Source of the DNA: an uncultured Fibrobacterota bacterium
Lineage (GTDB): Bacteria; Fibrobacterota; Fibrobacteria; Fibrobacterales; Fibrobacteraceae
Reading direction: 5' to 3'
DNA: 32,000 nucleotides
Assembly (NCBI GenBank): GCA_903876665.1
Contig: CAIRAY010000133.1
Coordinates: 7,742-39,741 of the forward strand
The position numbers and the translations under genes were made by a program. This document shows, in pieces, positions 17,986 through 25,994 of the stretch (positions within the stretch are counted from its first letter, which is position 1; every line of letters starts with the position of its first letter). Below the pieces are notes generated by a model. It saw only the letters and a list, made by a program, of their open reading frames with translations. It ran no database searches and had not been told where the DNA came from.

Positions 17986-19851
17986 TTGAAATTGCTTTCA
18001 ATTTTCCTTGCAGTTTTACTTGGGCTTTCGAGTCTGGGATTTGGCCAAGAGTCTGAAAAGGAACGCCGTTCCCGGCAATTCTCAGCTTATTATGAGTCAT
18101 TGGTAAACCAGTCGCTTACGCGGTATTACCATAACACCTCGTTCATGGTGGATGCCCGGGTGATCCTTGCCGAGCAATCCCAGGCGCTACCGGATTCCCT
18201 CGCCGCTGCCGTGGAGCCCGCAATTGAGCCTCCATCCCAAGCGGAATCTAACAACGAGTTCCGCAATCCCGATGGGCTCGAAGCCCTTCCTGGCCTTCCG
18301 GTGATGCCCGAACAAATGCGCACCGGCGGAAAACCCTTGTTCAATCTGGAGCCCGCCAAGGCCCGTTCCCCCGCTCCCAACCCAGTGACCCGCACGGAAC
18401 TTGGAATTGAGTACATCGACATTACGGTTCTGGTGGATACCGTGTACTCTCCGGAAGATGTGGAGTTCATCATGGAGCTTGTGGGCATGGTATCCAAATT
18501 GGATGATGCCCGTGGCGACCGGGTTTTTGTCCGTAAGAAGGTATTTCCTCGGATGTCCCGGGAGCTGGAATCCGAACACCGGGTCCGCAATGACAGCATG
18601 CCCCATCCTGTCGATACGGTTCATCTGGATTCACTTGCGGAGAAATCCCATCCTTGGAATGCCTATTGGGAGCAATTGCCCTCCTTGCTTCCCCTCTTGC
18701 TGATTCTGGTTTTTTTGACCGTGATTGTCGCTGTCGTGGTCCGGGGTTTGCGTAGCGCACAAATTCCACCCGAGCTGATCAAGCACCTGGAAACCTCGCG
18801 AATGCCCGTGATTCCTCCTGTGGTGGAACCGTCCAAGCCCATGCCACAAGCCCCCGAAGCTTTGGATCAGGCCAAGTTTGACACACAACGTACCGCCTGT
18901 TTGAATGCGCTCATCGGCGACCCGGTGGGTGGAGCCATGTTGCTCAAAAACTGGATTGAGGCCGACCGTTCTAAAGGCCTGAGCGACACTGCGGTATTCA
19001 TTGAATCCCTGGACACCAAGGTTCTGGAAATTCTCAAACCCCACTTCCAGCCCCAGGATCTGAAGGGCTTGCATTTGCAGATGGACGTGCAGACCATGCC
19101 TTCCCTCGAAGACCGCACCAGTCTTCTCCTTACCTTCCACAAGGAATTGCGCAATCTCCGGTCACGAAGCACGGACGGAACTATCGCCGATATTTTTGGT
19201 TTCCTTCATCAGCTTTCCACGCCTCAGCTCATGCACATTCTAAAAGACGAACCTGTGGGGATTGTGGGACTTGCCTTGGCGCAAATCCCGGGCGAGCGTG
19301 CAGGCCTAATTCTGCAACAAATGGAGCCCGACTTCCGCACCCAGGTTTTGGTGGCCATGGGTCAAATCGACACCATCCCCGTGCAAGCCTACAAAGAAGT
19401 CGCTAATCGCCTATCCCGCAAGGCTCTTGAGGTGGGGAACATGCGTTTTGTTGCTGCGGATGGCGTACAAACTGTTCTCGATATTGTTCAGGGTCTGGGC
19501 CTGGTGGAACAGGTGGAATACCTGCGTTCTATCGCCGAGCGCGACTTGAATTTGGCCGGTCGCCTGCGTCGGTTCTATGCCCTGTTTGAGGAAATTCCCT
19601 ATTTGCCCGAGCCCATTTTGGTCAAGGTTCTCAATACTTTCGAGCGGGAACAGCTCGTTTCATCCCTGGTGGGAACCGAGGCGGATTTCCGTGAAAAACT
19701 CTTGATGTCCATGCCTCAGAGATTCCGCATGGCTGTTGATTCGGGCCTGGAAAGCAAAATGGATCAGAGCCCTCTGGAAACCGAAAGAGCCCGCAAGCTT
19801 TTGCTTGGGCTTATCCGTCAAGAATTGCAGGCCGCAGGAGGTCGCACATGA
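17986..19851 (+). CDS. Membrane-anchored FliF-RBM-like / FliG-like fusion protein (putative rotor component)
   Basis: TTG start; the frame opens only at 17974 and the next ATG is at codon 54. It gives a good signal/anchor, MKLLSIFLAVLLGLSSLGFG. Periplasmic part: YESLVNQSL..FMVDARVIL and IEYIDITVLVD...DVEFIMELVGMV...DRVFV (ring-building-motif-like). TM at aa 231-254. Cytoplasmic aa ~296-621 match FliG along their length (see findings). Confidence 0.7.
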   Translation: MKLLSIFLAVLLGLSSLGFGQESEKERRSRQFSAYYESLVNQSLTRYYHNTSFMVDARVILAEQSQALPDSLAAAVEPAIEPPSQAESNNEFRNPDGLEALPGLPVMPEQMRTGGKPLFNLEPAKARSPAPNPVTRTELGIEYIDITVLVDTVYSPEDVEFIMELVGMVSKLDDARGDRVFVRKKVFPRMSRELESEHRVRNDSMPHPVDTVHLDSLAEKSHPWNAYWEQLPSLLPLLLILVFLTVIVAVVVRGLRSAQIPPELIKHLETSRMPVIPPVVEPSKPMPQAPEALDQAKFDTQRTACLNALIGDPVGGAMLLKNWIEADRSKGLSDTAVFIESLDTKVLEILKPHFQPQDLKGLHLQMDVQTMPSLEDRTSLLLTFHKELRNLRSRSTDGTIADIFGFLHQLSTPQLMHILKDEPVGIVGLALAQIPGERAGLILQQMEPDFRTQVLVAMGQIDTIPVQAYKEVANRLSRKALEVGNMRFVAADGVQTVLDIVQGLGLVEQVEYLRSIAERDLNLAGRLRRFYALFEEIPYLPEPILVKVLNTFEREQLVSSLVGTEADFREKLLMSMPQRFRMAVDSGLESKMDQSPLETERARKLLLGLIRQELQAAGGRT

Positions 19852-20972
19852 AGCGCTTGATTATTGCCCTTGCTCTTTTATGCGCCTGGCCCTCGTTTGC
19901 GGAAGACCTGAAGGCTCCGGCTTCCTCCAAAGAAAAGCAAAAAGTTCTTTTCTACGAAGACATGTACGGAAGCCGTACCGGCATCAAGCAATTCTATGAC
20001 ATCCTGAGTCAGATGCAGCGCGCCATCGGCGATCTTCCTCCCGACATCCAGCGCCTCGCCATGTACAATCTGCGTGTGGACCGCGATGACTTTACCCCGG
20101 GGATGATGAAGTTTTTTCAAGGAAAAATCGAAGAAACCTTTATCAAATATGGCCGCCGTCAGATCGTTGCCGCACCCGAATTGCGCTCCACTCGCATTGT
20201 TTCCACCGATACCTCCTTTGTCCTTTCCAATACCTTGCCTACCCAGAATGACCTGTGGAAAATTGGAGAAGCCTTGCGCCTGGACGGATTCATCGAAGGC
20301 AATTTAACCCGCAGCGAAATGGGGGATATTATGTTGAGCCTGAAGGTATTCCGCCACAAAAGCGCCGAGGTGGTGTGGTCGGGAAGCTTTGTCTCTGGGC
20401 CCAATGAGGATAAATACTATTTCCCCCTTATGGATATTGGAACTCGACTTTCCTTTGGCTATTGGCCGGTTTCAAAATACACGGATGAAACCGAAACTAT
20501 TCGGGAGCCGACCCTCAAATTGGACATGTACCAATACGCGGTGGAATTTACCGTGAGTGAAGCCGCAAATAGCAACCGGAGACTTTACTTGGGCGCAGCT
20601 GCTGGGCTAAGTTTTCTTTTCCCGGTGGCCGATAATCCCCGGGATTCCGTGGTGGGTGACTTGCCTTCGAACTGGGTGGGCATTGCTGGGGCCGATTTGG
20701 TGTATGTATTTGTTGCCAAAGAGAATTTTGACGATGGGTATTGGCTTGGGGCCTATTTAGGAATGCGGGTGTATTTCCCACAAAAATTGATCATCATCCG
20801 TCATGGCTACTCCAGTCGAATTTCTCGCCACTTCATTCTTTCCGCAGGGTTGCAATTCATGCCACTTCTCGATCAGCTGATTGCAAGCAAGTCTCTATTG
20901 TCCACTACGGGTGATTACGAGCTTAAACTGCAGAACCCTACCTATGAAGTGAGTATTCAGTATGCCTACTAA
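19848..20972 (+). CDS. Outer-membrane protein: periplasmic alpha/beta domain plus C-terminal beta-barrel
   Basis: AGGAGG Shine-Dalgarno and ATGA overlap with the upstream stop. Signal peptide MKRLIIALALLCAWPSFA. The N-domain ends in LRLDGFIEGNLTRSEMGDIMLSLKVFRHKSAEVVWSGSF (TolB-N/CsgG/LpoB-like pattern, low confidence). The C-terminal half has amphipathic strands ending YEVSIQYAY, an OMP-type terminal aromatic. Confidence 0.6.
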   Translation: MKRLIIALALLCAWPSFAEDLKAPASSKEKQKVLFYEDMYGSRTGIKQFYDILSQMQRAIGDLPPDIQRLAMYNLRVDRDDFTPGMMKFFQGKIEETFIKYGRRQIVAAPELRSTRIVSTDTSFVLSNTLPTQNDLWKIGEALRLDGFIEGNLTRSEMGDIMLSLKVFRHKSAEVVWSGSFVSGPNEDKYYFPLMDIGTRLSFGYWPVSKYTDETETIREPTLKLDMYQYAVEFTVSEAANSNRRLYLGAAAGLSFLFPVADNPRDSVVGDLPSNWVGIAGADLVYVFVAKENFDDGYWLGAYLGMRVYFPQKLIIIRHGYSSRISRHFILSAGLQFMPLLDQLIASKSLLSTTGDYELKLQNPTYEVSIQYAY

Positions 20973-21747
20973 TCCTTTTTGGTTGCCACGGATCCTGGGC
21001 CTAAGCATGGTCTGCGCTTTGGTGGCTTGCTCCAGCAATCCTCCCCAGGAAGAGGGCTACTTGCCTGGTTCCGCATCGGATGATTCCGCTGGCTGGGCCC
21101 AAACTCCGATCCGTCCCGTACAAAAGCAGAGACCCGTTTCGGGGATCACCATGACGTACCACAATGATGCGTCGACATTGCAGATGACGATTGACCCATA
21201 CGATGAAAATTTGAACATCGAAATGAAACGGAGTCCGCACACCCAAGAGGTGGCTGTTCCTGAAAAACCGCGCCGGGATACGGTCTTCATGATGTCCCCG
21301 CAAGCAGCCTCGGCTCCTACAAATGTATCGGTACAAGCTCCTCCGACTTCCGTGAATGTGCAATTACAGCTTCCTCCAGAGCGTCGGGATTCCTCCAAGG
21401 CGGTTCCAGCGATTGATACTGCCGGGCTCGGCCAAAAGCAGCTGGACCTGCTCAAATCCAAGGAGAAGGAATGGGCAGATGCGACCGATGAGGTGATCAC
21501 CAATATTCGTCTGGCCCAAGAATACTTCTACAAACAGGACTATTCCTCTGCGCTTCGTCTGGTAAAGATCGCAGAAGAAAAGCGCCCTACCGCCGAGGGA
21601 TATGCCCTGCGGGGAAGCATCATGTATATGTTGCGGGATAACGGCGCGGCCCGTTTTTACTGGAGCCAGGCTCTAACGCTCAATCCTAATCTTCCCGATG
21701 TAATCCAAGCGCTTTCCAAGCTGGATCAGACGAAGGAAGGTCGCTAA
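20962..21747 (+). CDS. TPR-repeat lipoprotein
   Basis: Lipobox LVAC|SS. ~150 aa of low-complexity P/S/Q-rich linker, then C-terminal TPR-like helices (AQEYFYKQDYSSALRLVKIA..., GAARFYWSQALTLNPNLPD). 11-nt overlap with the upstream gene. Confidence 0.65.
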   Translation: MPTNPFWLPRILGLSMVCALVACSSNPPQEEGYLPGSASDDSAGWAQTPIRPVQKQRPVSGITMTYHNDASTLQMTIDPYDENLNIEMKRSPHTQEVAVPEKPRRDTVFMMSPQAASAPTNVSVQAPPTSVNVQLQLPPERRDSSKAVPAIDTAGLGQKQLDLLKSKEKEWADATDEVITNIRLAQEYFYKQDYSSALRLVKIAEEKRPTAEGYALRGSIMYMLRDNGAARFYWSQALTLNPNLPDVIQALSKLDQTKEGR

Positions 21748-22562
21748 TGCCTCTTTCACTGTCCACTCTTGCCGGAGTGATTTTTGGAACCATTGTGGTG
21801 ATCTGGGGTATTTCCACTGCAACCACCAACACGAGGGCCTTTCTGGATCTGGGAAGTTTTTTGATTGTGGTGGGTGGAACGTTGACCTCGACATTTATCG
21901 GGTTCCGGGCCCGCTACATTTTTAAGGCGTTGCTCGCTCTTCCGCTGATTTTTCTGCGTCAGCGCATTAATCCAGAAAGCCTGCGTGATGATATTCGTAA
22001 GGTCATTGATTGGAATAAGCGAATTCAGGAAGGTGGGGCAAAGGCTCTGGATGTTTTGGCGACGGATTCGAAAGAGTCGGATTTTGTGCGTTACGTATTT
22101 GGCCTGGTCGCAACGGGATACAAGGAACATGAGGTCGAAGCATTTTCTACCACACAGATTGAGGAAGAATATTTCCGTGGCCTTCAGCAGCCCAATATTC
22201 TAGCCTACATGGCTGCTGCCGCCCCGGCTTTTGGAATGCTCGGTACTTTGATCGGTCTGATTGCGATGTTGGATAAATTGGATGATCCATCCAAGATGGG
22301 ACCCGGCCTTGCTCTCGCCCTGATTACCACCCTCTACGGAGTGATCGCTGCCCGCTTTGTCTTTTTACCTGCATCTACCAAGGTAAAGCAGATTTATGGC
22401 ATTCAGCGTTTTCGCAACTATTTGCTTCTCGAGGGGGTGGGCCTAATCATGCAGAAGCGGTCGGCCCTGTACATTCAAGATCGGTTAAACTCTTTTATGG
22501 ATACCAAGTATCGACTTTCGGTGCTGGATGAGAAGACCAGCCAAGCCAGCAAGTCCAAGTAG
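21747..22562 (+). CDS. motA: MotA/PomA-type stator proton-channel subunit
   Basis: 4-TM MotA topology: two N-terminal TMs, a ~95-aa cytoplasmic loop, then two TMs. Conserved prolines in AAPAFGMLGTLIGL and FVFLPAS. TAATG junction upstream. Confidence 0.8.
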   Translation: MPLSLSTLAGVIFGTIVVIWGISTATTNTRAFLDLGSFLIVVGGTLTSTFIGFRARYIFKALLALPLIFLRQRINPESLRDDIRKVIDWNKRIQEGGAKALDVLATDSKESDFVRYVFGLVATGYKEHEVEAFSTTQIEEEYFRGLQQPNILAYMAAAAPAFGMLGTLIGLIAMLDKLDDPSKMGPGLALALITTLYGVIAARFVFLPASTKVKQIYGIQRFRNYLLLEGVGLIMQKRSALYIQDRLNSFMDTKYRLSVLDEKTSQASKSK

Positions 22563-22568
22563 GTCTCC

Positions 22569-23249
22569 ATGTCTCTTAAGAGTCAACCCAATCGCTACCG
22601 CAATGATGAAGGATATGATTCTGCGGGCATGGATGAATGGCTGGGAACCTATTCCGATATGGTTACTCTGCTTCTCGCCTTCTTTGTTTTGATGATGGGA
22701 ATTTCGAAGGTGGAACCCGCATTGTGGGAATCCATGAAATCAGGTCTTCGTTCCGAAATTTCTGGCCAGGAAAAAGTAAAAACACCCCTCGCTGAAATTA
22801 AGCATGACTTGGATTCTCTTCTCTCGGTGGAGCAAGCCCAGAACCTGGTAAAAATTGAAATGACCCAAGAAGGGATTGTGATGAAATTTGCCAGTTCCGC
22901 CTTTTATCAGGCGGGAAGCGCCGAGGTCGGAGCCCAAGCCAAAGGGATCATGGATCGGGTTGTTGTTGCGATGAAGAATATCGATTATTACCCGTTTCAA
23001 ATTGATATTGAAGGGCACACGGACAATGTCCCCATACATACCGAACGATATCCCTCCAATTGGGAACTTTCCGTGTCTCGGGCAACCAACATCGTGAAGT
23101 ACATGCTCGCCCAAGGGGTTGCCCCCGATCGTCTCAAGGCGGCTGGTTACGCGGATACCAAGCCAATTCTCCCCAACCTCGATTCATTGGGGAAGGGAAT
23201 CGACTCCAATCAGGCCCAGAATCGGCGCATTGTCGTCCGTATTCATTGA
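22569..23249 (+). CDS. motB: MotB-type stator subunit with OmpA-like peptidoglycan-binding domain
   Basis: Single TM carrying the channel Asp (TYSDMVTLLLAFFVLMMG). C-terminal OmpA-like IEGHTDNVPI...SNWELSVSRATNIVKYM...GYADTKPI...NRRIVVRI. Confidence 0.8.
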   Translation: MSLKSQPNRYRNDEGYDSAGMDEWLGTYSDMVTLLLAFFVLMMGISKVEPALWESMKSGLRSEISGQEKVKTPLAEIKHDLDSLLSVEQAQNLVKIEMTQEGIVMKFASSAFYQAGSAEVGAQAKGIMDRVVVAMKNIDYYPFQIDIEGHTDNVPIHTERYPSNWELSVSRATNIVKYMLAQGVAPDRLKAAGYADTKPILPNLDSLGKGIDSNQAQNRRIVVRIH

Positions 23250-23260
23250 TTTTAAACGCC

Positions 23261-23977
23261 ATGCCCAGCCAATACAGCGAGCTTCATGGCGTTCATATTC
23301 GGAAGACCATCGAGAAATTGTGTCGTCGCATTCACGAGCGTTTTCCTGGGTCCGGACTGGGTGGAGTTGCTGCGGAGCTGGAGCAGGTTTCTGCGGAAAA
23401 TGAACGAGTGGTGAGCCAATTACAAAAGCCGATTTGGTGGCTGCGAGTGCTCACCGTGATTGCGATTGGCTCCTTGGTTAGCTTGTTTTCTTGGGTCGCC
23501 TTTCGGTTGGCAACCCTTGCGCTTACGGGTGCAGCGACTCTTTCCGACGTTCTGCAGGGCATGGATGCGGGCATCAATGAAGTCGTCTTTCTTACTTTGG
23601 CAATAGCCTTCCTGGTGTCTTTGGAGAATCGTATCAAGCGTGGCAAGGCCTTGCGCATCCTGCATAAATTGCGGAGCATTGCGCATGTGGTGGATATGCA
23701 CCAACTTACCAAGGATCCAGAATATCTATTATATCCCGAGGCTCCTTTGGCCAATTCTCCGGAGCGCTTGTTGGACCGACATCAATTGGTCCGCTACTTG
23801 GATTACTGTTCCGAATTGCTTTCCTTGACCGCAAAACTTGCCGCATTGCACGGGCAGTCCATGCAGGATGCCCAGGTGCTAGAAACGGTCAATGATTTGG
23901 AAAGCCTTGCTTCGGATCTCTCCCGCAAGGTTTGGCAGAAGATCTCCATCTTGAGATCCTCCGGCGATGGAAATTAA
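23261..23977 (+). CDS. Hypothetical membrane protein (helical N and C regions flanking a 2-TM hairpin)
   Basis: ATG at 23261 is the first start after the motB stop; the track's longer ORF overlaps motB. TMs IWWLRVLTVIAIGSLVSLFSWVAF and VVFLTLAIAFLVSL. No motif I recognise. Confidence 0.55.
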   Translation: MPSQYSELHGVHIRKTIEKLCRRIHERFPGSGLGGVAAELEQVSAENERVVSQLQKPIWWLRVLTVIAIGSLVSLFSWVAFRLATLALTGAATLSDVLQGMDAGINEVVFLTLAIAFLVSLENRIKRGKALRILHKLRSIAHVVDMHQLTKDPEYLLYPEAPLANSPERLLDRHQLVRYLDYCSELLSLTAKLAALHGQSMQDAQVLETVNDLESLASDLSRKVWQKISILRSSGDGN

Positions 23978-23980
23978 CGA

Positions 23981-25075
23981 TTAGACATTGAAGAGGAAGT
24001 GAACGATGTCGCCGTCTTGGACGACATATTCCTTGCCTTCGGTGCGCATGACTCCGGCTTCTTTGGCACCGCCCCAGGATCCGTATTTGCGGAAGTCCGC
24101 AAAGGCGACCGTTTCCATGCGGATGAAGCCCCGCTCGAAGTCCGTGTGGATCACGCCGGCGCAGGCAGGAGCCTTCCAGCCCTTATGGAATGTCCAGGCG
24201 CGAACTTCTTTTTCACCGGCAGTGAAATAAGTCTGCAAGCCCAGAATGTTATAGCCGGTGCGTACCACTGTGTCGAGTCCACTCTCCGGCAGTCCGAGTT
24301 CCTTGAGGAATTCAGCCTTGTCGGCGGGTTCCATGGTGGAAAGCTCTTCTTCGATTTTTCCGCTGATGACAACGACCTGGGAGCCTTGGGCGTCGGCAAA
24401 CTTTTTAAGGGTATCCACATAGGCGTTGCCAGTGAGAATGTCTTCTTCTTTGACATTGGCGCAATAAAACAGAGGCTTGGCGGTGAGGAGAGCGAGCTCC
24501 TTGATGAGCTCCAGGCCCACATCGCCGGCGTCGATTTTGCGGGCGGGAACGCCTTTGCCGAGTTCTTCGACGATGTATTCCAATGCGTCAAGGCGGGCCT
24601 TGGCATCTTTGACACCTACGCGGGCATTTTTTGCTTCGGCAGGGCGACGCTTCTCCACGCTGTCTAGGTCCTTGAGAATCAACTCCGTCTCAATGATCTC
24701 CACATCGCGCAGGGGGTCGGTGGAACCATGAACGTGGATGATGTTTTCATCGTCGAAGCATCGCACCACTTCCATGATGGCTTCGCATTCGCGGATGTGG
24801 GTGAGGAATTGGTTGCCCAGGCCTTCGCCTTTGGATGCACCCTTTACCAGACCAGCGATGTCAACAAATTGGGTGACGGCCGGGAGGATTTGGCGAGGCT
24901 TGTGGACTTTGGCGAGCTCATCAAGGCGGCCATCCGGAACATTAACCATGCCCACATTGGGGTCGATGGTGCAAAATGGGTAATTGGCGGCTTCGGCGCC
25001 GGCATTGGTGATTGCATTGAAGATGGTGGATTTGCCCACATTGGGGAGACCGACAATACCGCACTTGAAACCCAT
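23981..25075 (-). CDS. ychF: YchF/Ola1-type ribosome-binding ATPase
   Basis: MGFKCGIVGLPNVGKSTIFNAIT P-loop, NYPFCTIDPNVG, C-terminal FERGFIRMETV. The 364-aa product from ATG 25075 is a typical length. Confidence 0.9.
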   Translation of the reverse strand: MGFKCGIVGLPNVGKSTIFNAITNAGAEAANYPFCTIDPNVGMVNVPDGRLDELAKVHKPRQILPAVTQFVDIAGLVKGASKGEGLGNQFLTHIRECEAIMEVVRCFDDENIIHVHGSTDPLRDVEIIETELILKDLDSVEKRRPAEAKNARVGVKDAKARLDALEYIVEELGKGVPARKIDAGDVGLELIKELALLTAKPLFYCANVKEEDILTGNAYVDTLKKFADAQGSQVVVISGKIEEELSTMEPADKAEFLKELGLPESGLDTVVRTGYNILGLQTYFTAGEKEVRAWTFHKGWKAPACAGVIHTDFERGFIRMETVAFADFRKYGSWGGAKEAGVMRTEGKEYVVQDGDIVHFLFNV

Positions 25076-25193
25076 AGAAACCTCACAAATTTTGAAGTCC
25101 AAATGTAGAAAATGCAACCGAGTCCCTGCGATGCCTCGTATTTCTGACATTATGATGGAAAATCTAGGGCGAATGAATGATTAGATTTCCCCC

Positions 25194-25991
25194 ATGAAGT
25201 CTTTAGCAGCCCTTTTCCTGACCTTAATGCTGTTTGCTGGTTGCTCCAAGCATCCCGAACCTGGAGTAGAGCCTTCCCGGGGCGAAGCCGCGCCTTGTGA
25301 CGGGTGCGCTCAAGGTGGGGACCCCAAGCTCACCGTGGTGGATTCTTCCATTTGGATGGAAACGGTTCCCGGGTTTTCCCTAGGCCAAATTTCACGTCCC
25401 CTGGGTGTTTTGCCTTTTATCCAGGTGGAGGCAATCTCTCCCCCAAAGTGCAAGTTCTGCCAGGCTTTTAGCGGGGAAGGGGTTGAGTTTGATTTTGGCT
25501 CGGCCCAGGACAGCCTTCTTTCCGCAGTGGATTCCACCCTGCAGCCTTCCTTGCTCATGCCTGGATTGCAGGTTCCCGAACGGGATTCGGTTTTGTTTCC
25601 CCTACTGCTCGATTCGATTGCGGCACTCCCCTTTGTCGAGGGGAAAGCGTTATCTGACTTTGGCCCCTGGGAAGAACGGGGAAACCAGACCACGGAAATG
25701 CTACGGAATATTCCGCCCTCCTTGAGGACCAAGCTCTCTCAGCTCGCTACCCGGTATGGAGTGAATTCCCTGGTTATGCCCGTGAGGTGTCGAGTGGAAA
25801 TGGATCCCGGTGCCGGGGAAGAGGGTGGCTATACTTTCCAGATTCTCTGGATGCTATTTGACGCGAAGAAGAGTCAGTTTAGCATGATTGTGCACGCCAA
25901 ACTGACGATCGAGACCCAAGGCGACGCCCCTCCTGATCGAGGTTGGAGTCACCCATTCATGGTCTGGCTTGGAAAGAACCTAGCCCAATAG
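25194..25991 (+). CDS. Hypothetical lipoprotein
   Basis: Lipobox LFAGC|SK; no recognisable domain. Confidence 0.55.
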   Translation: MKSLAALFLTLMLFAGCSKHPEPGVEPSRGEAAPCDGCAQGGDPKLTVVDSSIWMETVPGFSLGQISRPLGVLPFIQVEAISPPKCKFCQAFSGEGVEFDFGSAQDSLLSAVDSTLQPSLLMPGLQVPERDSVLFPLLLDSIAALPFVEGKALSDFGPWEERGNQTTEMLRNIPPSLRTKLSQLATRYGVNSLVMPVRCRVEMDPGAGEEGGYTFQILWMLFDAKKSQFSMIVHAKLTIETQGDAPPDRGWSHPFMVWLGKNLAQ

Positions 25992-25994
25992 GGC

